64,000 bases of DNA from Nostocoides sp. (lineage in GTDB: Bacteria; Actinomycetota; Actinomycetes; Actinomycetales; Dermatophilaceae). The position numbers and the translations under genes are program-made. The notes under the pieces were generated by a model that was not told the DNA's origin, did no database searches, and saw only the letters and a list, made by a program, of their open reading frames with translations. Shown piece after piece: positions 56,285 to 64,000 of the stretch. The stretch lies in NCBI GenBank assembly GCA_016702415.1, contig JADJEA010000023.1:86208-150207 (forward strand). Direction: 5' to 3'. Every line of letters starts with the position of its first letter. The first letter of the stretch is position 1.

Positions 56285-57597
56285 GCGGCGACTCGGCCGC
56301 GCCGGACGGGACCGGTGTCGCGCCGGACGGCGCCGGGGGAGGGGACGCCGTCCGACCGCGGCCCGGCCAGCTGACGTTCGTCGCACCGCGGCGCCGCAAG
56401 CCCCCGACCCATCTGGCGGATCTCGATCCAGCGGGCCGCACGGCTGCCGCCGAGGCGTTGGGGCAGAAGGGCTTCCGCGCCCGGCAGGTCGCGGTGCACT
56501 ACTTCGAGCACCTGACCGTGACGCCCGAGGAGATGACCGACCTGCCCAAGGCCGGGCGCGCCGATCTCGTCGCTGCCCTCCTGCCGACGCTGCTGACGCC
56601 GGTGCGCACCCTGACCGCCGATGGCGGCGCGACGGTCAAGACGCTTTGGCGCCTCCACGATGGGGCGCTGGTGGAGTCGGTGCTCATGCGCTACCCCCGG
56701 CGGATCACGGTCTGCATCTCCAGTCAGGCCGGATGCGGGATGAACTGCCCGTTCTGCGCCACCGGTCAGGCGGGCCTGACCCGCAATCTCAGCACCGCCG
56801 AGATCGTCGAGCAGGTCGCGTATGCCGCGCGCACCCTCCGCGCGGGTGGCCTCGCCGACATCGAGCGCACCGACGCCGGACTCGGCCTCGCCGAGATGGA
56901 GGACTCCGGCGGTGGCCCGGACTCCGGCGGTGGCCCCGACTCCGGCGGTGGTGCGGACCTGGGCGGCGAGACCGGGGAGGCGGACGCGGCATACGGCGGC
57001 ACGCGGGTGACCAATGTCGTGTTCATGGGGATGGGGGAGGCCCTGGCCAACTACGCGGCCGCGATCGGGGCGATCCGGCGCCTGACCGACCCCTCGCCGG
57101 AGGGTTTCGGGATGTCCGCCCGCGGGCTGACCATGTCCACGGTCGGGCTGGTCCCGGCGATCGATCGCCTTGCGGCGGAGGGGATTCCGGTCACGCTCGC
57201 GCTGTCGTTGCATGCTCCCGACGACGATCTGCGCGACACCCTCGTGCCGATCAACACCCGCTGGCGGGTGGACGAGGCGCTCGACGCCGCCCGGCGCTAT
57301 TTCGAGGCCACCGGCCGGCGGGTGAGCATCGAGTACGCCCTGATCCGCGACATCAACGACCAGTCCTGGCGCGCCGACCTGTTGGGGGAGAAGCTCGCCG
57401 CCCGTGGCCGAGGCTGGGTCCACGTCAACCCGATCCCGCTCAACCCGACCCCGGGGTCGCGCTGGACCGCCTCCCGGGCGGGGGTCGCCCAACAGTTCGT
57501 CGAGCGGGTGCGGGCGCACGGCATACCGACGACGGTGCGGGACACCCGCGGTCGGGAGATCGACGGCGCCTGCGGGCAGCTCGCCGCAGCCACCTGA
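56281..57597 (+). CDS. rlmN: 23S rRNA / tRNA (adenine-C2)-methyltransferase RlmN (radical SAM) with an internal repeat insertion
   Basis: GTG 56281 overlaps the cdsA stop. It has the CxxxCxxC cluster motif [21 protein letters not shown] and the conserved end GACGQL. Confidence 0.93.
   Translation: MSGDSAAPDGTGVAPDGAGGGDAVRPRPGQLTFVAPRRRKPPTHLADLDPAGRTAAAEALGQKGFRARQVAVHYFEHLTVTPEEMTDLPKAGRADLVAALLPTLLTPVRTLTADGGATVKTLWRLHDGALVESVLMRYPRRITVCISSQAGCGMNCPFCATGQAGLTRNLSTAEIVEQVAYAARTLRAGGLADIERTDAGLGLAEMEDSGGGPDSGGGPDSGGGADLGGETGEADAAYGGTRVTNVVFMGMGEALANYAAAIGAIRRLTDPSPEGFGMSARGLTMSTVGLVPAIDRLAAEGIPVTLALSLHAPDDDLRDTLVPINTRWRVDEALDAARRYFEATGRRVSIEYALIRDINDQSWRADLLGEKLAARGRGWVHVNPIPLNPTPGSRWTASRAGVAQQFVERVRAHGIPTTVRDTRGREIDGACGQLAAAT
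56902..56955 (+). repeat. three tandem 18-bp units (GACTCCGGCGGTGGCCCN, encoding DSGGGP) inside rlmN
   Basis: Read directly. The protein reads [23 protein letters not shown]. Confidence 0.85.
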
Positions 57598-57657
57598 GCC
57601 TGCCGGTCCGGTCCGGCGATTCGGTGGGAGCAATCGCCCCCGGATAGCCTGTCGCGC

Positions 57658-59064
57658 ATGGCTCAACCGACCTCCACCGTCGAGACCGTCGTCAATCTCT
57701 GCAAGCGGCGCGGCTTCGTGTTCCCGTGCGGAGAGATCTATGGCGGGACCCGGTCGGCGTGGGACTACGGCCCCCTCGGGGTGGAGCTCAAGGAGAACAT
57801 CAAGCGCCAGTGGTGGAAGGCGATGGTCCACGGGCGCGACGACGTCGTCGGCCTCGATTCTTCGATCATCTTGCCGAAACAGACCTGGGTGGCCAGTGGT
57901 CACGTCGGCGAGTTCACCGATCCGCTGACCGAGTGCCTGTCCTGTCACAAGCGGTTCCGGGTCGACCACATGCAGGAGGCGCTGGCCGACAAGGAATCCA
58001 AGAAGGGCAAGGAGGTCGCGCCCGACTCGATCGCGCTGGAGACCATCGCCTGCCCCAATTGCGGGACCCGTGGGCAGTGGACCGAGCCGCGTGCCTTCAA
58101 CATGATGCTCAAGACCTACCTCGGGGTCGTCGACGACGAGTCCGGGCTGCACTACCTGCGGCCCGAGACGGCGCAAGGGATCTTCGTCAACTACCTCAAC
58201 GTCCAGAACGCGGCCCGGATGAAGCCGCCGTTCGGCATCGCCCAGACCGGCAAGTCCTTCCGCAACGAGATCACGCCGGGCAACTTCATCTTCCGCACCC
58301 GCGAGTTCGAGCAGATGGAGATGGAGTTCTTCGTCCCGCCGGGCACCGACGAGGACTGGCATCAGTACTGGATCGACGAGCGCATGCGGTGGTATGTCGA
58401 TCTCGGCATCAACCCCGACAATCTGCGCCTCTACGAACACCCGCGGGAGAAGCTCTCGCACTACTCCAAGCGGACCGTCGACATCGAGTACCGCTTCGGC
58501 TTCACCGGCTCGGAGTGGGGCGAACTGGAGGGCATCGCCAACCGGACCGACTTCGACCTCGGCACCCACTCGCGCCACTCCGGCACCGACCTCGTCTTCT
58601 TCGACCAGGCCTCGGGGGAGAAATACACGCCCTATGTGATCGAGCCGGCCGCCGGTCTCTCCCGGTCCTTGATGACCTTTCTCGTCGAGGCGTATGCCGA
58701 GGACGAGGCCCCGAACGCCAAGGGCGGGGTCGACAAACGCGTCGTGCTGCGCTTGGACAAGCGCCTGGCACCGGTCAAGGCGGCCGTGCTGCCGCTGTCC
58801 CGCAACGCCGACCTCTCGCCGAAGGCGCGCGACCTCGCCGCCCGACTGCGGCGCAACTGGAATGTCGAGTTCGACGACGCCCAGGCGATCGGGCGCCGCT
58901 ACCGCCGCCAGGACGAGATCGGCACGCCGTACTGCATCACGGTCGACTTCGACAGCCTCCAGGACGAGGCGGTGACCATCCGCGAGCGCGACACGATGCG
59001 TCAGGAACGGGTGTCCCTGGACCAGGTCGAGGGCTATCTCGCCGCCCGCCTTCCCGGTTGCTGA
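57658..59064 (+). CDS. glyQS: glycine--tRNA ligase (homodimeric class II type)
   Basis: [51 protein letters not shown], and an anticodon-binding C-terminus. Confidence 0.97.
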   Translation: MAQPTSTVETVVNLCKRRGFVFPCGEIYGGTRSAWDYGPLGVELKENIKRQWWKAMVHGRDDVVGLDSSIILPKQTWVASGHVGEFTDPLTECLSCHKRFRVDHMQEALADKESKKGKEVAPDSIALETIACPNCGTRGQWTEPRAFNMMLKTYLGVVDDESGLHYLRPETAQGIFVNYLNVQNAARMKPPFGIAQTGKSFRNEITPGNFIFRTREFEQMEMEFFVPPGTDEDWHQYWIDERMRWYVDLGINPDNLRLYEHPREKLSHYSKRTVDIEYRFGFTGSEWGELEGIANRTDFDLGTHSRHSGTDLVFFDQASGEKYTPYVIEPAAGLSRSLMTFLVEAYAEDEAPNAKGGVDKRVVLRLDKRLAPVKAAVLPLSRNADLSPKARDLAARLRRNWNVEFDDAQAIGRRYRRQDEIGTPYCITVDFDSLQDEAVTIRERDTMRQERVSLDQVEGYLAARLPGC

Positions 59065-59109
59065 CCTGTCACCGGTCGGCGCGGTCGGCATGAGCGCGGT
59101 CGAGCGAGC

Positions 59110-60153
59110 GTGAGTGCGGAGTTCGCGCGGCGCTGGCTCCGCTTCACCCCGAGCCTGAATCGGATGATCCTCGCCGACCTCCCGGGGGCGCCCGCGGGGG
59201 TGGCCGGGACGCGAGCGAACGACTGGCTGACCACGTGGTCGATCGCCCGCCACCTCGCCGCCGACGCGGACCTGCTCGAGGAGACCCGCGGCATACGGCC
59301 TGGACTGGCGACCCTGCCGTCGGCACCGGAGGTCACGGCCGAGCTCATGGACGCGGCGATCGACTATCCCGCGGCCCTCGATGCCCTGCTCGCCCCTTCT
59401 GGTCGTCCTCGAACCGATCCGGCGTCGGCGCTGGCGCGGCGCCTCGGCACCATCCTGGGCCTCTTGTTGGCCACAGTCACCATCGGCCCCGAGGAGACCC
59501 GGCGCGCGCACGGGGAGTGGCCAGCGCAGCACTGGGAGCGGTGGGCCGCGGTGCGCCGGATCGCCCTCGGTGGTGGAGTCCTGCGCGGCCGGCTCGGTGT
59601 CGTCATGACGGACTCCGCGAGCCGATTCCTGGCGGATCTGGCGTCTCCGGCCCGGCTCGTGCTTGTCGATGACCCTCGATTCCTCGTGCTGCGCGGGGCG
59701 GCTCACCGCATCGGCGAGGGCGTCGCGCTGGATTGCGGCGGGTCGACCATCAAGCGTGCCGTGGCCCATCGAGGGCGTCCCGGGGACATCGACACCGTCC
59801 CGGCACCCGGGCGGGTCGCGGCCGAGGAGGTCATCGAGACCATCGCGGTGTCCGCCGCTCCCCTGATCGCGACGTGGCCGGGCCCCGACCCCGTGCCCCT
59901 GTCGGTCGCCATCGCGACCTATGTCGACCCCGACGGTCAGCCGTATGCCGATCAACTCGGCCCGTACGCACCCCTGGGGAATCTCGACGCGCCGGCCGCC
60001 CTGCGGGCGGCGAGCACGCGGCATACCGACCGGGCGGTGGAGGTCCTCCTCGCGCACGACGGGGCCAGCGCGCTGTCCGGTGCCCGCGCCGAGGCTCCGG
60101 ACACGGATGCGGCGGTCGTCCTCGGGACCGCTCTGGGCAGCGGGCTGGCCTGA
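59110..60153 (+). CDS. hypothetical protein (347 aa) with weak ASKHA/ROK-kinase-like motifs in its C-terminal half
   Basis: ORF 59110..60153. ALDCGGSTIKRAV resembles the phosphate-1 motif D.GGT.IK, and VVLGTALGSG resembles the G-rich ADENOSINE motif. The N-terminal ~190 aa are unassigned. Confidence 0.45.
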   Translation: MSAEFARRWLRFTPSLNRMILADLPGAPAGVAGTRANDWLTTWSIARHLAADADLLEETRGIRPGLATLPSAPEVTAELMDAAIDYPAALDALLAPSGRPRTDPASALARRLGTILGLLLATVTIGPEETRRAHGEWPAQHWERWAAVRRIALGGGVLRGRLGVVMTDSASRFLADLASPARLVLVDDPRFLVLRGAAHRIGEGVALDCGGSTIKRAVAHRGRPGDIDTVPAPGRVAAEEVIETIAVSAAPLIATWPGPDPVPLSVAIATYVDPDGQPYADQLGPYAPLGNLDAPAALRAASTRHTDRAVEVLLAHDGASALSGARAEAPDTDAAVVLGTALGSGLA

Positions 60154-60260
60154 CGGACGTGGACCGGCAGGGGGTGTCGGTGGCCCCCGATAGACTCCCG
60201 GATAATCAACAGAAGCGTTGGATAACAACTGAGTTAGTTATTTGAGGAGGTGGTCGCGGG

Positions 60261-61430
60261 ATGGCACCCGGCCGACAGATCCGCCCGATCCCCTTGTCCC
60301 TCGGGGGAATCCCCGACACCCGCAATCTCATCGGCCGCGATGGGCAGGCGGCCCGGGTGGCCGATCTCCTGCAGCAATCCCACGGGGTCGTCCTCACCGG
60401 CGACCGGCGCGTGGGCAAGACCTCCCTCGCGCGCCTGGTCGAGGAGCGGCTGACCGGCGCCGGCGTCCGCGTGGCCCGTACCAGCGCGCAGCGCGAGTCC
60501 ATGGCCGATTTCGCTCGCGCGCTCCACGACGCGGTCCTCGCCGCCTCCCCGACGGGGGCCGCGCGCCGGGAGTTGGAACGCTGGAGCATCGGCATCGATG
60601 CGGGCCCCATCACCGTCGAGCGCGATCGAGTCTCCGCCTCCCTCGACGACCTGGTCCGGCGCGCCACGGCGAGTTCACCGACCGCCGACGGCACCGGGCT
60701 GGTCCTCATCGTCGATGAGGTCCCTGAGCTCGCGCGCCTCCTCGACGTCACCACTCCCGGCGCGGGTGCGGCCCTGCTCGGCACCCTCCGACGCCTGCGC
60801 CAGGACAACAGCGGGCGTTTGTCGATGCTCCTCTTGGGCAGCATCGGATTCCACCATGTCTCGGACGACGCGCCGGGCACGCTCAACGACCTCGTCCAGG
60901 AGCCGGTCGGTGCTATTGCGGCCGACGACGGGGCCTATCTCGCGCGTTGTCTCATGCTGGGTGCGCGCGTGACCCCGACCGACGATCGGGAAGTCGCGGA
61001 GCGGATCACGGTGTGCGCCGAGGGCATCCCCTATTACATCCAGCAGATCGTCTTCGCCCTGAGCAAGCGCCGCGGAATCGTCAGCCCCGAGCACGTCGAT
61101 CAGGTGGTCACCGATGCCTTGACCGACCCGGTCGACCCGTGGAATCTGCGGCATTACCTCCAGCGCATCGAGCCCTACTATGGCGCCGCCGACGCAGAGG
61201 CGGTCGCGACGGTCCTCGACCGGTTCGCGGCCACCGGGGAGCCACTCGGCGTCGATGATGTCAGGCACGATCCGGCGGTCGCCTCCCTCGACCCGCCGCC
61301 GTCACGAGCCCGGCTCGTCGGCTGGATCGAGAAGCTGGAGCAGGATCACTATCTCGACCGCGTCGATGTCACGCGCAGCCGTTGGCGAAGCGGCCTGATC
61401 CGGCGCGCGTGGCTGGCCGGTCGGCGATGA
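60261..61430 (+). CDS. AAA+ P-loop ATPase, archaeal-type ATPase_2 / DUF234-like architecture (389 aa)
   Basis: LIGRDGQAARVADLL...VVLTGDRRVGKTSL (Walker A), LVLIVDEVPE (Walker B), EGIPYYIQQIV, and a C-terminal winged-helix-like end ...HYLDRVDVTRSRWRSGLIRRAW. RBS GAGGAGG at 60244-60250. Confidence 0.75.
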   Translation: MAPGRQIRPIPLSLGGIPDTRNLIGRDGQAARVADLLQQSHGVVLTGDRRVGKTSLARLVEERLTGAGVRVARTSAQRESMADFARALHDAVLAASPTGAARRELERWSIGIDAGPITVERDRVSASLDDLVRRATASSPTADGTGLVLIVDEVPELARLLDVTTPGAGAALLGTLRRLRQDNSGRLSMLLLGSIGFHHVSDDAPGTLNDLVQEPVGAIAADDGAYLARCLMLGARVTPTDDREVAERITVCAEGIPYYIQQIVFALSKRRGIVSPEHVDQVVTDALTDPVDPWNLRHYLQRIEPYYGAADAEAVATVLDRFAATGEPLGVDDVRHDPAVASLDPPPSRARLVGWIEKLEQDHYLDRVDVTRSRWRSGLIRRAWLAGRR

Positions 61431-61469
61431 CCGGTCCCCGGTGATGGGGCGAAGACACCAGGAGTGCCG

Positions 61470-62711
61470 ATGATCGACCCCGTCGTCCACCGTCCGGAGA
61501 TCCTGCGCTTGGTCGCGCGCCTGCGGGAGGCTGCACGGGGGTCGGCGCGACCGCATACCCTCATCATTGGTGCCCGGGGGAGCGGCAAGACGACGGTCGT
61601 CGCGTCGGCCGTCCAGGCAGCCCTCGGATCGCCTCGCACCTCCCGCCGACTCACAGTCGTCTGGGTCGGCCAGGATGCCGTCGCCCTCATGGCGTATGCC
61701 GATCTCCTCCTGCTGATCCTGCGCCGCCTCACCGGCGCAAGCGACCCTAGGCACGCGGCCCTGCGCCGCGAGCGTGACCACGTCGGGCTGGAGACCGCGA
61801 TCGTCGCGGCCCTGGACGGGCGGGTGCTCGTCCTGGTCCTGGAGAATCTCCACCATCTCTTCGGCGCCTTCGGGCGCACCGGGGCGGGCGCCCTGCGCGG
61901 CTTCGTCGAGTCCTCCGGCTCCGTGCTCGTCGTCGCCACCTCCCCCCGCGTCTTCCGCGATGTGACGTCTCGTGACGAGCCCTGGTTCGGCAATTTCGTC
62001 ACCGAACGCCTCGACGGTCTCTCCGCGTCGACCGGTGCCGCGGTCCTGGTCTCGGCTGCCCGCGACCGAGGCGGCGACGACGTCGTCGCCTTCGTCGACA
62101 GCGAGCCGGGGCGGGCACGCATCGCTGCGCTGGCGCACCTCGCCGGCGGCTCGATCCGGTTCTGGAGTCTCCTCGGGACGTATGCCGATGCCTCCGACCT
62201 CGACGACCTCGCTCCCGCCGTGCGGCTGGTCCTGGACCGACTCGGCGGCTATCTCACCGGCCGCATCGCCGCCCTGCCCGCCGACCAACAGACCCTCGTC
62301 GCCGAGTTGGCTCGCGGTCCCGGCGCGCAGAGCGTCCAGGAACTCGCCGACAGCGCCGGCCAGGACCCCAAGGTCACGGGCACGACCCTGCGCCGCCTGA
62401 CCGACGCCCACCTCGTGACCGCGACCAAGGTCCCGGGGACCGACCAGCGCACCACGTGGTACGACATTCGCGAGCCCCTCCTTCGCCTCCATATCCAATG
62501 GTCGGACCTCGACTCCGTCGCCCGTGCGGGGCCGGCGAGTCCGGACCCGCCTGCCGTGCCCGACCTGCTGCCGCTCCTGCGCCGGTGGCATGCCGATTCC
62601 TCCCTCCACCCGCCCGCCTCGCCCCTGGAGGAACTCTTCTTGGCCGCGCGGGGGGACCGCGCGGCATACGCCCATCTGCCCGCCGACCTGCGCGCGCTCG
62701 TGGATGGCTGA
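61470..62711 (+). CDS. second, divergent AAA+ P-loop ATPase with C-terminal winged-helix domain (413 aa)
   Basis: ATG 61470 follows the RBS AGGAG. It has Walker A GARGSGKTT and a Walker-B-like VLVLVLENLH. A wHTH-like segment reads QQTLVAELARGPGAQSVQELADSAG...LRRLTDAHLV, followed by TTWYDIREPLLRLHIQW. Confidence 0.7.
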   Translation: MIDPVVHRPEILRLVARLREAARGSARPHTLIIGARGSGKTTVVASAVQAALGSPRTSRRLTVVWVGQDAVALMAYADLLLLILRRLTGASDPRHAALRRERDHVGLETAIVAALDGRVLVLVLENLHHLFGAFGRTGAGALRGFVESSGSVLVVATSPRVFRDVTSRDEPWFGNFVTERLDGLSASTGAAVLVSAARDRGGDDVVAFVDSEPGRARIAALAHLAGGSIRFWSLLGTYADASDLDDLAPAVRLVLDRLGGYLTGRIAALPADQQTLVAELARGPGAQSVQELADSAGQDPKVTGTTLRRLTDAHLVTATKVPGTDQRTTWYDIREPLLRLHIQWSDLDSVARAGPASPDPPAVPDLLPLLRRWHADSSLHPPASPLEELFLAARGDRAAYAHLPADLRALVDG

Positions 62712-62798
62712 CGCACCCCCGTACGTGGCGTATCTGCGCACCAAAATCGGCCGGAGCGCTGTTTGCCGCTGGCCTGAGCGGGCGCTTACCCTGGCCCG

Positions 62799-63992
62799 AT
62801 GCGTGTGCGTGCCCTTGTCGTCGCCGTCGTGGCCGTCCTGTCTCTGGCCGCGTGCGGAGGCGACCCGGCAAGTCTCCCCAAAGCGGGGCAGCACGGGCAT
62901 ACCTCCGCCGGGAGTTCATCGACCGCGTCCGCCGCCTCCTCCGGTGTCCCCACGGTCAAGGCCAAGCCGGTGGCTCTGCGGCGCGGCGAGCGCTTCCTCG
63001 AGCTGCGGATGCCGCACCCCTACACGCCGTCGGTCCCGACGATCGGGACCGACGAATACCGCTGCTTCCTTCTCGACCCGAAGCTGAGCAAGGACGCGGT
63101 GATCACGGGGACCGACTTCTTGCCGGGGAACGTCAAAGAGGTTCATCACGTCATCCTCTACAAGGTGGATCCCCAGGACGTCGCGGCCGCAAAGGCGCTC
63201 GACGCCAAGGACCCCGGTGACGGCTGGACCTGCTTCGGCGGCACCGGGATTCGCGAAGGCGGCGCAGGGGCGCAGCAGATCGACCAGGCACCCTGGCTCG
63301 GCGCGTGGGCCCCGGGCGGGACGGAAAAGGTCACGCCCCCCGGCATCGGCACCTCGCTGCCCGAGGGCAGTCAGATCGTCATGCAGATCCACTACAACCT
63401 CCTCGACGGGAGTTCGCCGGACCAGAGCGCGGCGAAGTTGCGCATCGCCACCGACGACGGGAGCTACAACTACCTCCACACGACGCTCTTGCCGGCACCG
63501 ATCGAGCTGCCCTGCCGCGACGGTGTGGCCAACAAACTGTGCAGCCGGGACGCAGCGATGGCCGATAACTATGCGCGCTTCGGCACCGAGGCCAAGCTTG
63601 CCGATCTGCTCCATCTCCTCTGCGGGCCCGAGCCCGTCGGCCCGACCCAGAGCTGCACCCGGCCGGTCGCCGAGCCGATGGTCGTGCGCGCCATCGCCGG
63701 GCACATGCACCTGCTCGGACGATCGATCTCCGTCGTCGCCGACAAGGGCACCCCCAAGGAGAAGACCCTCCTCGATATCGCGACGTGGGACTTCGACAAC
63801 CAGGGGTCGATCCCGCTCCCGCAGCCGGTTAGGCTGACGCCCACGGACACGCTCACCGTGACGTGCACCCACGATCAGTCCCTGCGCGACAAGCTCCCGG
63901 CCTTCGCCGGAACGAAGGAACGCTATGTCGTCTGGGGCGAGGGCACGACCGACGAGATGTGCCTCGGCATCGTGTTGTTCACCAAGTCCTGA
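62799..63992 (+). CDS. lipoprotein with copper type II ascorbate-dependent monooxygenase-like (PHM/DBH-like) two-domain core
   Basis: Signal peptide plus lipobox (VAVLSLAAC). Copper-ligand-like pattern in canonical order: HH (EVHHVILY), H (QIHYNL), HxH (GHMHLLG), M (TDEMCLG). Multiple paired Cys residues. Confidence 0.65.
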   Translation: MRVRALVVAVVAVLSLAACGGDPASLPKAGQHGHTSAGSSSTASAASSGVPTVKAKPVALRRGERFLELRMPHPYTPSVPTIGTDEYRCFLLDPKLSKDAVITGTDFLPGNVKEVHHVILYKVDPQDVAAAKALDAKDPGDGWTCFGGTGIREGGAGAQQIDQAPWLGAWAPGGTEKVTPPGIGTSLPEGSQIVMQIHYNLLDGSSPDQSAAKLRIATDDGSYNYLHTTLLPAPIELPCRDGVANKLCSRDAAMADNYARFGTEAKLADLLHLLCGPEPVGPTQSCTRPVAEPMVVRAIAGHMHLLGRSISVVADKGTPKEKTLLDIATWDFDNQGSIPLPQPVRLTPTDTLTVTCTHDQSLRDKLPAFAGTKERYVVWGEGTTDEMCLGIVLFTKS

Positions 63993-64000
63993 CCGGGTGC

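Noticed and set aside
55825-60228. 1467-aa ORF on the minus strand
   Set aside because: It is antisense to cdsA, rlmN, glyQS and the next ORF, all of which have strong family motifs on the + strand. It is a GC-driven lack of stop codons, not a gene.

Overview
High-GC (about 70-73% by eye) actinobacterial chromosomal segment. Most of it is a conserved housekeeping backbone on the + strand. From memory, the gene order matches the Mycobacterium tuberculosis ddlA-to-cdsA/rlmN region: murA (3' end), cofC, plsC-like, ddl, thiL, rpmB, recG, rsmD, coaD, yceD-rpmF, rnc, mutM, acyP, chorismate mutase, smc, ftsY, amt-glnK-glnD, ffh, rpsP-KH, rimM-trmD, rplS, two lepB, rnhB, DUF2469, yraN-comM-dprA, xerC, DUF3152, aminotransferase, nfo, rpsB-tsf, pyrH-frr-cdsA-rlmN, glyQS. 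Lineage-specific genes sit mostly on the minus strand. They include a lower-GC MazEF-type toxin-antitoxin islet with a decayed second copy, and an OafA-like acyltransferase. A two-component system is inserted into the rpsP-rimM operon, and its kinase is fused to a large polytopic membrane domain. There is also a dienelactone hydrolase, an orphan FetB-like permease, an M23 peptidase, an ATL/MGMT-like protein and a TetR plus membrane-protein pair. At the 3' end lie a tandem pair of AAA+ (ATPase_2/DUF234-like) ATPases and a PHM/DBH-like copper monooxygenase lipoprotein. I found no rRNA, tRNA, CRISPR array, transposase or phage-type integrase. The most unusual signal is not a gene. The 8-mer CGGCATAC / GTATGCCG occurs about 85-90 times, against a compositional expectation of about 2. 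It occurs in all reading frames, in both orientations and in intergenic DNA, and it forces rare codons such as ATA, GTA, CAT and TAT. Other notable points are a TrmD-GNAT fusion and three genes broken by single-base indels in G/C homopolymers. One gene has an in-frame TGA, several conserved genes carry in-frame tandem repeats, and there is a G12 tract. All start codons are chosen by eye and may be off by a few codons.
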